A stretch of 64,000 bases of DNA, taken from Acidobacteriota bacterium. GTDB taxonomy: Bacteria; Acidobacteriota; UBA890; WLXD01. Location of the stretch: assembly GCA_963666055.2 (NCBI GenBank), contig CAXWPH010000002.1, positions 128,001 through 192,000 of the forward strand, written 5' to 3'. The notes under the pieces are model-generated. The model saw only the letters and a program-made list of their open reading frames with translations. It was not told the DNA's origin and made no database searches. Position 1 is the stretch's first letter. The number at the start of each line of letters is the position of its first letter. A program made the translations under genes and the position numbers. Shown piece after piece: positions 48,383 through 57,798 of the stretch.

Positions 48383-48807
48383 GCGCCGTGCCGGGCCCGC
48401 GCGTCGGCGGCATCGTAGAGACCTCGCTCTACGTGTCAGATCTCGATCGCGCCGAGCGCTTCTATCGACGTCTGTTTGGCTTCGAACGGCTTGTCGGGGA
48501 CGATCGTATGCGGGCGCTGGCTGTCTGCGAGCGGCAGGTGCTGCTGCTGTTTCGTCGCGGCGGCTCTCTGCAGTCCATAGAAACGTCTGAGGGCACGATC
48601 CCGCCTCACGACGGCGTCGGGCAGCTGCACGTGGCGTTTGCCTCTCGAGCCGATGAGCTCGACGATTGGGGGCGCCGCCTGGCGGCCGCGGGCATCGAGG
48701 TCGAGAGTCGGATGCGATGGCCGGCCGGGGGAGAGAGCGTGTTCTTCCGCGACCCCGATGGCCATCTGGTCGAGCTGGTCACTCCGGGCTTGTGGGCAGT
48801 GTACTGA
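48379..48807 (+). CDS. VOC/glyoxalase family protein
   Basis: ETSLYVSDL, IPPHDG..HVAF and FRDPDGHLVEL.TPGLW motifs. Confidence 0.92.
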   Translation: MSAVPGPRVGGIVETSLYVSDLDRAERFYRRLFGFERLVGDDRMRALAVCERQVLLLFRRGGSLQSIETSEGTIPPHDGVGQLHVAFASRADELDDWGRRLAAAGIEVESRMRWPAGGESVFFRDPDGHLVELVTPGLWAVY

Positions 48808-48823
48808 GGCTGATAGCGCATCG

Positions 48824-49759
48824 ATGCTTGGCGAACGGAGCTTGGGCTGGCTGGCGATTGCGGTGTGCTCGATCGCCGCCTGTGGCCCCGCAGATGGCGA
48901 CCCCGAACCGCTCGTTCCTGGCGCTGTGCATCGCTTCGAGACGGTTGGCGAAGAGCGCTGGCACTGGGTGGAGTCGGGTTCTGGTCCGCCGCTCGTCGTC
49001 CTGCACGGCTTCCCCGAGAGCTGGTACGCCTGGAGCGAGCTTGTCGAGACGATGGCCTCTGATTTCCGCGTGCTGGCTGTCGATCTCAAGGGCGCGGGGC
49101 TGTCTAGCACTAGCGACGGCGACTATAGCGTCGCGGCGATGGCCGACGAGCTGGCCGCGCTGCTCGAGCAGATCGGCGTCGATCGGTTCTACCTCGCAGG
49201 CCACGACTGGGGCGGGCTGGTCGGAGCGCGGCTGGCTGGCGAGCATCCGCAGCGAGTTATCGCCTACGCACACGTCAGCGCGCCGGTCGAACGCTACGAC
49301 CTGAGCCGCATGGCCGATCTGCGCGACTTGTACAACGATCCCGAATCGGCGACCGCCCTGATGTTGAACGCCGAGCTGTTCGTAAAGCGGATGCTGGGCC
49401 TCACCGTGGCGGGGGGAGTCGAGGCGCTCTCAGCACAGCGCGTACAGCACCATATCGACTCCTTCGGTCGGGGCGATGTCCGCGCCGCAATGGCGCGCTA
49501 TTTCCGTGATCTGGACCTTGACGAGGGCTGGCGCCTCGGCGGACGCGCGCGAGCCGACTGGTCGCGCATGAGCTTTCCCGTCCTGGTGCTGGCCGGCGGC
49601 CGCGACCTGATGGTGCCGCTGGAGGAATACCTCGGTGTGCACGGACGCGCCCCCGGCCTCGAACGTGTGGTGGTGATCGACGGGGCAGGGCACTATCCGC
49701 ACGAGGAACGGCCCCTCGAGGTGATCGACATCCTGCAGGAGTTCTTCGAGCGAACATGA
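48824..49759 (+). CDS. Alpha/beta hydrolase, epoxide hydrolase-like (possible lipoprotein)
   Basis: HGFPE, GHDWGG and GAGHYPHEERP motifs, with a lipobox-like IAAC. Confidence 0.88.
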   Translation: MLGERSLGWLAIAVCSIAACGPADGDPEPLVPGAVHRFETVGEERWHWVESGSGPPLVVLHGFPESWYAWSELVETMASDFRVLAVDLKGAGLSSTSDGDYSVAAMADELAALLEQIGVDRFYLAGHDWGGLVGARLAGEHPQRVIAYAHVSAPVERYDLSRMADLRDLYNDPESATALMLNAELFVKRMLGLTVAGGVEALSAQRVQHHIDSFGRGDVRAAMARYFRDLDLDEGWRLGGRARADWSRMSFPVLVLAGGRDLMVPLEEYLGVHGRAPGLERVVVIDGAGHYPHEERPLEVIDILQEFFERT

Positions 49760-50736
49760 GCGAGTTTCCCGTCGTCCGCGCCGCCGTTGTGCAGGCTGCC
49801 CCGGTGCTGTTCGAGCGTGACGCCACCATCGACAAGCTTGCCGATCTGGTTGCCGACGCCAGCGCAGCGGGAGCGCGTCTCGTGGTGCTGCCAGAGGCGT
49901 TCATCCCCGCCTATCCTCGAGGTCTCTCGTTTGGCGCTGTGGTCGGCAGCCGCAGCGAGGAAGGACGCGACCTATGGGCTCGCTACTGGGCTAACTCGGT
50001 CGACCTGGACGGGCCGGAAGGGCAGCGAGTCGCCGATATCGCCGCCCGTAACGACGTCTATCTGGCGGTCGGAGTGATCGAGAAGGACTCCGAGTTCGGT
50101 GCCGGGACGCTTTATTGCACGCTGGCCTACTTCGGCCCCGTTGGCACACTGCTCGGCAAGCATCGGAAGCTGAAACCGACCGGGTCAGAGCGCCTGATCT
50201 GGGGTGAGGGTGACGGCAGCACGCTGAGCACAGTGCACACCGAGTGGGCAACTCTTGGCGGCCTTATCTGCTGGGAGAACTACATGCCGCTCGCTCGGGC
50301 GACGATGTACGCCAAAGGTGTGGAGATCTACATTGCGCCGACCGCCGACTGCCGAGATACATGGCAGGCGACGATGCGACACATCGCTGTAGAAGGTCGC
50401 TGCTTCGTGCTGGGCTGCAATCAGTTCGTTACGCGCGCCATGTATCCGGCCGACCTGCGCGCCAGCGCGGAGATTCAAGACCTTCCGGAAGAAGTGTGCC
50501 GCGGCGGCAGCGTCGTGTACTCGCCGCAGGGAGAGCTTCTTGCTGGACCGTTGTACGGTGCTGAAGGAATGCTGGTCGTCGAGCTGGACATGCGTGAGAT
50601 AACCCGCGGCAAGTACGATTTCGACCCGGTGGGGCACTACGGTCGTCACGACGTGTTCCGTTTGAGCGTCGACGAACGACCCCAGCGCCCGTTGTACGGC
50701 GGCGGTCCCGAAAACCGTCGCCACGGCGATTCATGA
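49756..50736 (+). CDS. Nitrilase (carbon-nitrogen hydrolase)
   Basis: Glu-Lys-Cys triad in PEAF, KHRKLKPT and ICWENYMP. Confidence 0.95.
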   Translation: MSEFPVVRAAVVQAAPVLFERDATIDKLADLVADASAAGARLVVLPEAFIPAYPRGLSFGAVVGSRSEEGRDLWARYWANSVDLDGPEGQRVADIAARNDVYLAVGVIEKDSEFGAGTLYCTLAYFGPVGTLLGKHRKLKPTGSERLIWGEGDGSTLSTVHTEWATLGGLICWENYMPLARATMYAKGVEIYIAPTADCRDTWQATMRHIAVEGRCFVLGCNQFVTRAMYPADLRASAEIQDLPEEVCRGGSVVYSPQGELLAGPLYGAEGMLVVELDMREITRGKYDFDPVGHYGRHDVFRLSVDERPQRPLYGGGPENRRHGDS

Positions 50737-51698
50737 GCGAGCTAGCCGTCAGCTACGACGACGTGGTGGCCGCTGCCCGGCGTCTGCGCGGTGTCGCGCA
50801 TCGGACGCCCGTGTTGAGCTCGCGCAGTTTCAACGAGCGCTGCGGCGGCACCGTGTTTTTCAAGTGCGAGAGCTTGCAGCGCAGCGGGGCATTCAAGTTC
50901 CGTGGCGCCTACAACGCGCTGTCCAAGCTGTCTCCAGACGAGGCTGCCCGCGGGGTGGTCGCCTACTCGAGTGGCAACCACGCGCAGGCGATGGCGCTTG
51001 CCGGCAAGCTTCTCGAAATCCCGGTCACGATCGTCATGCCCGACGATGCGGCGCAGGTAAAGGTCGACGCGACGCGCGGCTACGGGGCAGGGATCGTCAC
51101 CTACGACCCGCACACCGAGCGACGCGAGGAGCTCGGGGCGGCGATCCGCGACGAGCGTGGCCTGGTGCTGGTGCCGCCCTTCGACCACCCCGACATCGTC
51201 GCGGGGCAGGGGACGGCTGCGCTCGAGCTGCTTCGAGAGACGGGAGAGCTCGACATGCTCCTGACGCCGTGTGGCGGCGCTGGTCTGCTGTCGGGGTGTG
51301 CTATCGCCACTGCTGCGATGGCGCCGGGCTGCCGGGTGATCGGGGTTGAGCCCGAAGCCGGGGACGACGCCAATCGCTCGTTTCGTAGCGGCAAGCTCGA
51401 GAGCGTCGAGTATCCTGACACCATCGCTGACGGTGCCCGAACGCTGTCGCTCGGGGAGATCACCTTCCCGATTGTTTGCTCCAAGGTGGCTGACATGGCG
51501 ACGGTATCGGATGAAGCGTTGCTGCGAACGATGCGGTTCCTGTTCGAACGTCTCAAGATCGTCATCGAGCCCACCGGCGCGCTGGCGGCGGCGGCCGTCC
51601 TCGAGCACGTTGTCGATGTGCACGACCTTCGCGTCGGCGTCGTGCTCAGTGGCGGCAACGTCGATCCGACAAGCATCGGTGCATGGTTCAGCGACTGA
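50733..51698 (+). CDS. PLP-dependent ammonia-lyase (serine racemase/3-hydroxyaspartate ammonia-lyase/threonine dehydratase family)
   Basis: FKCESLQRSGAFKFRGA, SSGNHAQ, TIADGA and LSGGNVD motifs. Confidence 0.93.
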   Translation: MSELAVSYDDVVAAARRLRGVAHRTPVLSSRSFNERCGGTVFFKCESLQRSGAFKFRGAYNALSKLSPDEAARGVVAYSSGNHAQAMALAGKLLEIPVTIVMPDDAAQVKVDATRGYGAGIVTYDPHTERREELGAAIRDERGLVLVPPFDHPDIVAGQGTAALELLRETGELDMLLTPCGGAGLLSGCAIATAAMAPGCRVIGVEPEAGDDANRSFRSGKLESVEYPDTIADGARTLSLGEITFPIVCSKVADMATVSDEALLRTMRFLFERLKIVIEPTGALAAAAVLEHVVDVHDLRVGVVLSGGNVDPTSIGAWFSD

Positions 51699-52636
51699 AC
51701 CGCGAAGGCACAACCGGCGGGCCCCTCGCGTACCTCGCCGTGGCCAGCGGCGCGACCCTGTTTTCTGGGCTCATCGTCGCCAGCCGGGCGTTGTCACAGC
51801 GCGGCTTTTCGCTCTACGAGATCTCGCTGAGCGGGATTCTCTTCAGCGGCCTGATTTTCGGTGTCGTGCTTGCTCTACGACCGGATCTGCGTCCCCGACG
51901 CCGCGATTGGGTTCTGTTCTTCGCTTACGGTCTGGTCGGTGCGGTGCTGCAGTTGAGCCAGTTCGCGGGCGTCGTGCTGGGTGTTCCGATCGCGCTCATC
52001 GGTTTGTTGCTCTATACGCAACCGATCTGGACGCTCTTGTTTGGTCGCATCCTGTTGGCCGAAGCTGTGACGCGCCGCAAAGTGGGTGCGCTGTGCCTGG
52101 CGACGGCCGGTACGCTGGTGCTGTTTCAGCCCGGCACCTCAAGCCTCGACCATTCCTGGGTTGGTATGCTGACGGCGTTGATCGCCGGCGTGATGCTATC
52201 GCTGTGGCTGATCTTGGGGCGCATGAGTGGGCTGCGCGGCAACGCGCCGATTACCACCGCGTTTGCCTACATGGCGTCATCGTCACTGATTCTGCTTCTG
52301 GTCTGGCCGCTGCTGCGCTTGACCGTCGGACCTGTCGAGTGGCTGAGGCTTTCGCCGGCCCCGTTCCTGGTGCACTGGCGCTTGGTGGCCCTGTACACTC
52401 TGTTCGCTAATCTGGTACCGGCAATACTGGTGAACTGGGGCGTGCGCCGCATCGACACGATGGCAGCGGGGATGCTGCTGTTGTTGGAGCCGGTGGTGGC
52501 GGCGTGGGCAGCATATCTGGCGTTCGGCGAAGCGTTCGGCAAGTCCGTTTGGCTCGGCGGCGCCTTGATATTGGTCGGGAACTTCGTGCTGCTGGGTGCG
52601 CCTAAGGGGGTTGCGCGTGAGTCAAGCGCAGGATGA
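51683..52636 (+). CDS. DMT/EamA transporter
   Basis: About 10 TMs with LLYTQPIW and LLLEPVVA motifs. Confidence 0.88.
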   Translation: MVQRLNREGTTGGPLAYLAVASGATLFSGLIVASRALSQRGFSLYEISLSGILFSGLIFGVVLALRPDLRPRRRDWVLFFAYGLVGAVLQLSQFAGVVLGVPIALIGLLLYTQPIWTLLFGRILLAEAVTRRKVGALCLATAGTLVLFQPGTSSLDHSWVGMLTALIAGVMLSLWLILGRMSGLRGNAPITTAFAYMASSSLILLLVWPLLRLTVGPVEWLRLSPAPFLVHWRLVALYTLFANLVPAILVNWGVRRIDTMAAGMLLLLEPVVAAWAAYLAFGEAFGKSVWLGGALILVGNFVLLGAPKGVARESSAG

Positions 52637-52964
52637 TCGCCGAACGCATGATCGGCAGTCGCTGGCGCTGCCGATTGTTCTCGACGTCGAGATACATGGC
52701 TACGATGACGCGAAAAAGCCCTTTCGCGCTATTGGCGAGACCGTCAACGTGGGCCGCGGCGGGCTGATGGCGCAACTCGATCGGGCCGTGTCGCCGGGGG
52801 TGCGCTGCTTGACACATTTTCCGCGCGGGACTGGCAAGATCGGCCGCACGATGATCTACGGCACGGTGAGTCGGTCGGAGCTCAGCGGCTCGGGTCACGA
52901 GGTCGCCGTCGTGTTCGATACGGCGCTGCGGCGGGTGGAGATGCCAGCAACGCCGAAGCCCTGA
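52617..52964 (+). CDS. Stand-alone PilZ domain protein
   Basis: RxxxR (RTHDR) and a degenerate (D/N)xSxxG motif (NVGRGG). Confidence 0.75.
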   Translation: MSQAQDDRRTHDRQSLALPIVLDVEIHGYDDAKKPFRAIGETVNVGRGGLMAQLDRAVSPGVRCLTHFPRGTGKIGRTMIYGTVSRSELSGSGHEVAVVFDTALRRVEMPATPKP

Positions 52965-53017
52965 TCGCTCCGGCCGACCAAGGTGGTTGCTGGTCGCGAC
53001 GCAGGTTCTCGGTGGCG

Positions 53018-53914
53018 TTAGTTTGTCACCGGGGACTGCGTGAAGGCTCCGTTCCATAGCACCAAGTCGCACTCGTACGGGTCGCCGTTCCATCCGGCCG
53101 GCGCGGCCGGCCCCGATGCGCCGTCGGATCCCAGCGACGTCAGCGTGTAGGACTCGACCGTGTGCTCGTAGCTCCAGGCGAAGCCCCAGCGGTCGATCGG
53201 AGGCACTGCGCCTAGGTATTTCGGCGTCAGGTCGGCGAAGCTGTCGGCATAGTCGCCTTGGTCGACTGCGTACGTGCCGTTGGCGACGGCGATGGTGCGC
53301 ATGTCGGCCAGCGTACCCCGCTGGCGGGCACGATCGTAGGCGGTAATGAACTGCGCTACGCCGATCATCGATAGGACCATCACGACCGCCAGGATGACAA
53401 GCAACTCGATGAGCGAGAATCCGTCCGTACCGGTTGCTTTTCGTGGTGCTTCCCGTGAGGCGCTTCCGTGGCGGGCCTTCAGAGTCTCCGAAAGCTTGTT
53501 CAGGCGGTCGGCGACCTCCACGAACTCGTCCTTGGCGCGCAGCTGCGAATGCGCGTCGTAGTCACCTTCGGCGAGCCTGCGGATGTGTCGGCTGATGGGC
53601 ACCAGCGGTCCGACAAATCGGTGCAAAACGATCACCGTAAGCACCAGGGCGACGATGCCGAGGATCGGTAGTATCCAGACCGCGCGCAAGAGCTCAGTGC
53701 GGATGGCGACGTCGATCACCGGCGCGAGCGCTGCCGCACTGGTGCCCGCTTCGGTGAGGATACGTTCAAGGACACGGCGAACAGCCAGATAGGAGACTAG
53801 CTGCGCGAGTCCGGCGCCGATCGAGGCGAGGAAGAAGAACACCAGCGCGTAACGGAACTGCAGGCGCGGTCGGAGCAGGTAGTTGCGCAGTCGTCGTCTG
53901 CTGTTTCTGGCCAT
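53018..53914 (-). CDS. Fusion of a 2TM-HAMP module with a type IV pilin/GspG-like pseudopilin
   Basis: HAMP region HRFVGPL..I...LAEGDY...LRAKDEF..VADRLNKL, then G|FSLIELLVIL, DRARQR.T.ADMR.I, DRWG and LTSLGSDG. Confidence 0.8.
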   Translation of the reverse strand: MARNSRRRLRNYLLRPRLQFRYALVFFFLASIGAGLAQLVSYLAVRRVLERILTEAGTSAAALAPVIDVAIRTELLRAVWILPILGIVALVLTVIVLHRFVGPLVPISRHIRRLAEGDYDAHSQLRAKDEFVEVADRLNKLSETLKARHGSASREAPRKATGTDGFSLIELLVILAVVMVLSMIGVAQFITAYDRARQRGTLADMRTIAVANGTYAVDQGDYADSFADLTPKYLGAVPPIDRWGFAWSYEHTVESYTLTSLGSDGASGPAAPAGWNGDPYECDLVLWNGAFTQSPVTN

Positions 53915-54104
53915 CGGACCCTCGTAGGTATCAGTTCCGACCAGTATTGACCCTTTGATGGCCCAATCAGAAGACGAAAATCGCCCCAGGCTGTTTTTGT
54001 CCATTCCTGGTCGTCAGACGTGCACCGTGATCGGGCGCGTCCGTTCCGGGGCGGGTGCACCGGCGCCGGGCTCTCTGCTCGTCGACGTCCTTGGCGGCGC
54101 TACG

Positions 54105-54995
54105 TCACTCCTGAGCCGGACGCTTTACGACGCGTTCGAGTGGCTGCAGGGTCGCTTGTGGTCGAAACGCTTCCCGTGCCGCCAAGTCGTAGCGATCTCC
54201 AGGGGCGAGGAAGTAGAAGTCGCCGCCGCTGTCGATGCGGCGCTGCGCATCGTAGATTGCCACGTAGCTACGACCGATCACCTCGAACCGGTCGCCGCGC
54301 ACGACGATGGCAGTGTCCTCGTCGATGCCGATACCGAGCAGGTCAGGGTGTGCTGCGACGATTTCGAGTAGGTCGAACTGGCGGTTGCGTTGCAGCAGAT
54401 GCTGATCGATTGCAACTCCCGTGACGAACGCGAAGCCCTCCTCATGATCGCCCATCATGACGGTGTTTCCGTTTGTATCGCCGCGCGCCAGGTACTCACC
54501 CTGGATCGTCGCTCCGGCCGACGAGCCGCCGATCACGCCGCCCCGACCAAGCAACGCGCGTAGCTCGGCCTCGACCCGTGTTCCCAGGTACGCATCGGCG
54601 AGCCGCCATTGCCGGCCACCGGTGAACCAAACGCCCCGTGCCTTTCGGATGGGTGCCGCGAAACCATCGCGGTTGGCGACGTCGGGGTCATAGGTGTGCA
54701 GCAGGGTCAGCCGAGACGCCCCGGCGTCGCGAAAGGCGGCCATGCCACCCCAGCCGGGGTCATAGTCGGGGGCGCCCCCGGCGGTGGGGATCACCACGAT
54801 CGGGGCGTCGTTGCCGCCCGCCAGCTGCATGAAACGCTCCAGGATCTGGGGATCGTGCATGCCGCCGCCGACGATAACCAGTGCGCCGCGCTCGGGGCCC
54901 CGTTGGGCGGCCGCCGGCGTCGCCAGCGACCCCAAAGCACCCGACATGGCGGCAATGAGCGCAACGGTACGTATCTGGTTTGTGGCTCGCAACAT
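54105..54995 (-). CDS. Cyanophycinase-like peptidase (S51), exported
   Basis: VIPTA, FTGGRQ, GGSSAGA, IDQH...RNR and GIGIDEDTA motifs, with a signal peptide. Confidence 0.92.
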   Translation of the reverse strand: MLRATNQIRTVALIAAMSGALGSLATPAAAQRGPERGALVIVGGGMHDPQILERFMQLAGGNDAPIVVIPTAGGAPDYDPGWGGMAAFRDAGASRLTLLHTYDPDVANRDGFAAPIRKARGVWFTGGRQWRLADAYLGTRVEAELRALLGRGGVIGGSSAGATIQGEYLARGDTNGNTVMMGDHEEGFAFVTGVAIDQHLLQRNRQFDLLEIVAAHPDLLGIGIDEDTAIVVRGDRFEVIGRSYVAIYDAQRRIDSGGDFYFLAPGDRYDLAAREAFRPQATLQPLERVVKRPAQE

Positions 54996-55116
54996 GGGCT
55001 GCTCCTTGCTCGATGACAGGGGTGAGCCCACAATGCTAACGCGCCGTCGCGGTGGCGGTCAGATGGTGATTCGCGTCGGCGCCCGGCTCACGATGTCGTG
55101 CTTCGAGAGCCGTGTG

Positions 55117-56811
55117 CTAGGTGTGTACAGCGGCTACGGGGCCGGATCGCGTACGGCCGGCGAAGAAGCCCACCACTCCCGGCACCAGCGCCAGCCCGAT
55201 GATGGCCAGCCCACTTACCAGGTAGGTGGAGTTACCGCTGGTGACCAACGGAAGCCCGAGCGCCACCGCGTCGATCACATAGTGGGCCACTATGCATGTC
55301 ACCAGGCCGTAGTGCAGGAAGGCGATCCCGAAGAGGACGCCCGCGATGGTCAGCTCGATGCCGCGGATGTACACCGGAAACACCGGGTAATTCGAATGGC
55401 CGAACGCCCAGATCGCAGCAGGGACGATCAACGCCACCGTCGTCGACCCCGACAGCTTCTTGAAAAGTGAGATCCCGAACAGGCGGTAGATGGTCTCCTC
55501 GGAGATCGCAGCAACGAGAGAGATGGTGAGCGGCGTGAGAAACGGGAACAGGTTATTAAAGATCTCCGAGTAGGGGCCCTCGGCGGGTAGCCAAGCGCCC
55601 ATGTAGCGTTGCGCAAACCAGTAGAAGCCGGTGAGGAAGCCGAGCAGCGTGGCCGCCAACGCGTAGCCGCGCAGCGCCGCGGCGCCGAACTGGCGGTTGA
55701 ATATCTTGCCGCGCACGGCGTCGGCGAACCCATGGATGCTGGCGGGGAAGTGGTCGCGCGCCATCGATTCGCCGGCGGCCGTCGGGAACATGACGAACAC
55801 GGTGTAGAACACGGCTCCGAGGGTCAGCGCGAGCACCGACACTCCGATGAATACCGGCCACCCGACCTGGGTCTGATACGAGAACAGCACGTTGGGCCAG
55901 CTCGTCGCGGTATATACGGCGAACATGGTTCCCACGATCACGCCGCAGGTGATCGCCACACGCCATTCGATGTTGCCGGTGCGGTAGCGGGCGATCGCGA
56001 TACCCATACCGGCGAGTGCTAACAGCACCGTCAACACGATGCTACCCACTGCGAGCAGGCTTCCGACGCTAAGCTCGCCCTGGAGCTCGCGCGAGAACTC
56101 CTCGGGTACCCGCATCGAGCGCACGTACCCGCCCACCTCGTCGCCCAGCACGCGCACCGACACTCGCGCGTAGCCGGTGCCAGCTTGCGCGTCGTCCGGG
56201 CGCCAAGCGATGTCGGTTCCGCGGACCTTCCATACGAACAGATGGTCTGTCCGATTGTCTTTCCGGTCGGCCGACGCCGAAACCGCTTCCAGTTGCGACA
56301 GGTCCCAACCCCTGCCGCGAACGAAGGCCTCGGCTCTGGCCCGCGCCGCAGGTTCATCGAGGTCGGCTCCGTCCGCGGCTTCCTCGACAACGTGTCGGAA
56401 GGCCACGACTTCACCATCGACGCCTACCTCGGCCAACCACTCCTCGGCGTCGAGTGGCCTGAACCAGCGAATGTCCCATCGCCAGACCGGCACCTCTTCG
56501 CGTGCCCAGCGCCCCGCTTCCTCGTCGCCGACGTTACGCTGCAGAAAGATCAGGGCCTCGCTGTCGCCGGAAAAGATCGCCGCCCGCCGGAAATCGCCCA
56601 GCTCGGCCCCCAGCCCCTCGATGAACTCAGTGGCGTTCGCGACGGCTTCTTCGCGGGTGACGTCCATCTCCACCAGGGCCAGCGGGACCGCCGACTGATA
56701 GAGCAGTACGACAACCGCCAGACCGACCGCGCCGAGGGCGGTCAGCACGAGATCGGAGCGGCTGAGCTTCAGCATTACGTACTCCGGCGGGAAAACGAGA
56801 ACGCTCGCCAC
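55117..56811 (-). CDS. CPBP (Rce1/Abi) intramembrane glutamic protease with a large N-terminal extracytoplasmic domain
   Basis: AAISEETIYR, WAFGH and IVAHYVID motifs. The start may be ATG 56775. Confidence 0.9.
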   Translation of the reverse strand: MASVLVFPPEYVMLKLSRSDLVLTALGAVGLAVVVLLYQSAVPLALVEMDVTREEAVANATEFIEGLGAELGDFRRAAIFSGDSEALIFLQRNVGDEEAGRWAREEVPVWRWDIRWFRPLDAEEWLAEVGVDGEVVAFRHVVEEAADGADLDEPAARARAEAFVRGRGWDLSQLEAVSASADRKDNRTDHLFVWKVRGTDIAWRPDDAQAGTGYARVSVRVLGDEVGGYVRSMRVPEEFSRELQGELSVGSLLAVGSIVLTVLLALAGMGIAIARYRTGNIEWRVAITCGVIVGTMFAVYTATSWPNVLFSYQTQVGWPVFIGVSVLALTLGAVFYTVFVMFPTAAGESMARDHFPASIHGFADAVRGKIFNRQFGAAALRGYALAATLLGFLTGFYWFAQRYMGAWLPAEGPYSEIFNNLFPFLTPLTISLVAAISEETIYRLFGISLFKKLSGSTTVALIVPAAIWAFGHSNYPVFPVYIRGIELTIAGVLFGIAFLHYGLVTCIVAHYVIDAVALGLPLVTSGNSTYLVSGLAIIGLALVPGVVGFFAGRTRSGPVAAVHT

Positions 56812-56870
56812 GGGGTTTGACTACCGACAGAGAATAGCCTGGTCGCCCTTCGGGCCGAAGCCCTTACCAG

Positions 56871-56947
56871 AGTTCCTCAGCACCCTGCTAGTGGCGTGTG
56901 CGGGCGCCGCAGACCCCGCCTCCGCGGCCGCCACCACGGCCTGCTAG
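56871..56947. repeat. Two MITE-like terminal remnants
   Basis: CACCACGGCCTGCTAG (56932-56947) is identical to the MITE right end and overlaps the permease stop. A related TTCCTCAGCACCCTGCTAG ends at 56891. Confidence 0.65.
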
Positions 56948-57798
56948 GTGCCACCGGGGGCGCGGGTCATCTGGAACGCCGGCGCTATCAAGGCCGCCAC
57001 CAGGTAGACGGCCGCGATCACCGCTACGGTCACCAGCAGGTTGCGTCGGTCGATGGGCTCGCTGCTCTCCCATCGGAACAGACGGCTATTGGCCCAGATG
57101 CCGACGCCCATGGTGGCGAAAAGCACGGCGATGGGGCCTGCCAGCTCGGCTAGTCCATACCCTCTGATCATTACTCCGTGGAGCGACTCGACGAGGTAGC
57201 TCGAGGGGATAAGCCGCGATGCTGTTTTCGCCCACTCGGGAAGCATGAAGGCTGGTAATGCGGCACCCGACCCGAAAATCAGGGGAAAGAACAGCAGGTT
57301 GGTGATGGCGGGAGCGCTGCGCATGTCCTGCGCCACGCTGCCTATGAATAGCCCTAGCGGCACGAAGGCCGCGGCGCCGATCAATAGCACCAACACGGTG
57401 AGCAGCAGCGAGCCGTCGACCTGATAGCGGAACACCAGCCAGCCCACGGCCGCCTGCGTGGTGATCGCCAACGACATGGTGACGATGGCCCGAATGCCGT
57501 TCGCTAGCACGATCGTCGTAGGCGTTATCGGCGTGGCGCGATAGCGCCGTAGGATGCCGGACTCGCGTTCCTTCACCATCAAATACGAGACGCCGAAAAA
57601 CGCTCCCGACATGATAGTGATGGTGAACAGACCCGGCATCATCAGCACCTTGTTTTCGACGCTGCGAAAGAAGATGAAGCCGAAGAGGAAGAGCCAAGTG
57701 AGCGGGAACAGGAGGGTCCAGAACAGCGAAGTCGGTGAACGGAAGGCCTGCAGCAGCCCGGCGTGCGTAAGCGGGCCCAATCCGCGCAGGTAGCTCAC
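56944..57798 (-). CDS. ABC-2 type exporter permease
   Basis: FWTLLFP, ERESGILRRYRATP and PLIFGSGAALP...LPEW motifs. Confidence 0.92.
   Translation of the reverse strand: MSYLRGLGPLTHAGLLQAFRSPTSLFWTLLFPLTWLFLFGFIFFRSVENKVLMMPGLFTITIMSGAFFGVSYLMVKERESGILRRYRATPITPTTIVLANGIRAIVTMSLAITTQAAVGWLVFRYQVDGSLLLTVLVLLIGAAAFVPLGLFIGSVAQDMRSAPAITNLLFFPLIFGSGAALPAFMLPEWAKTASRLIPSSYLVESLHGVMIRGYGLAELAGPIAVLFATMGVGIWANSRLFRWESSEPIDRRNLLVTVAVIAAVYLVAALIAPAFQMTRAPGGT

Noticed and set aside
54105-54995. Cyanophycin storage pathway
   Set aside because: There is no cyanophycin synthetase nearby, and exported S51 peptidases are common on their own.
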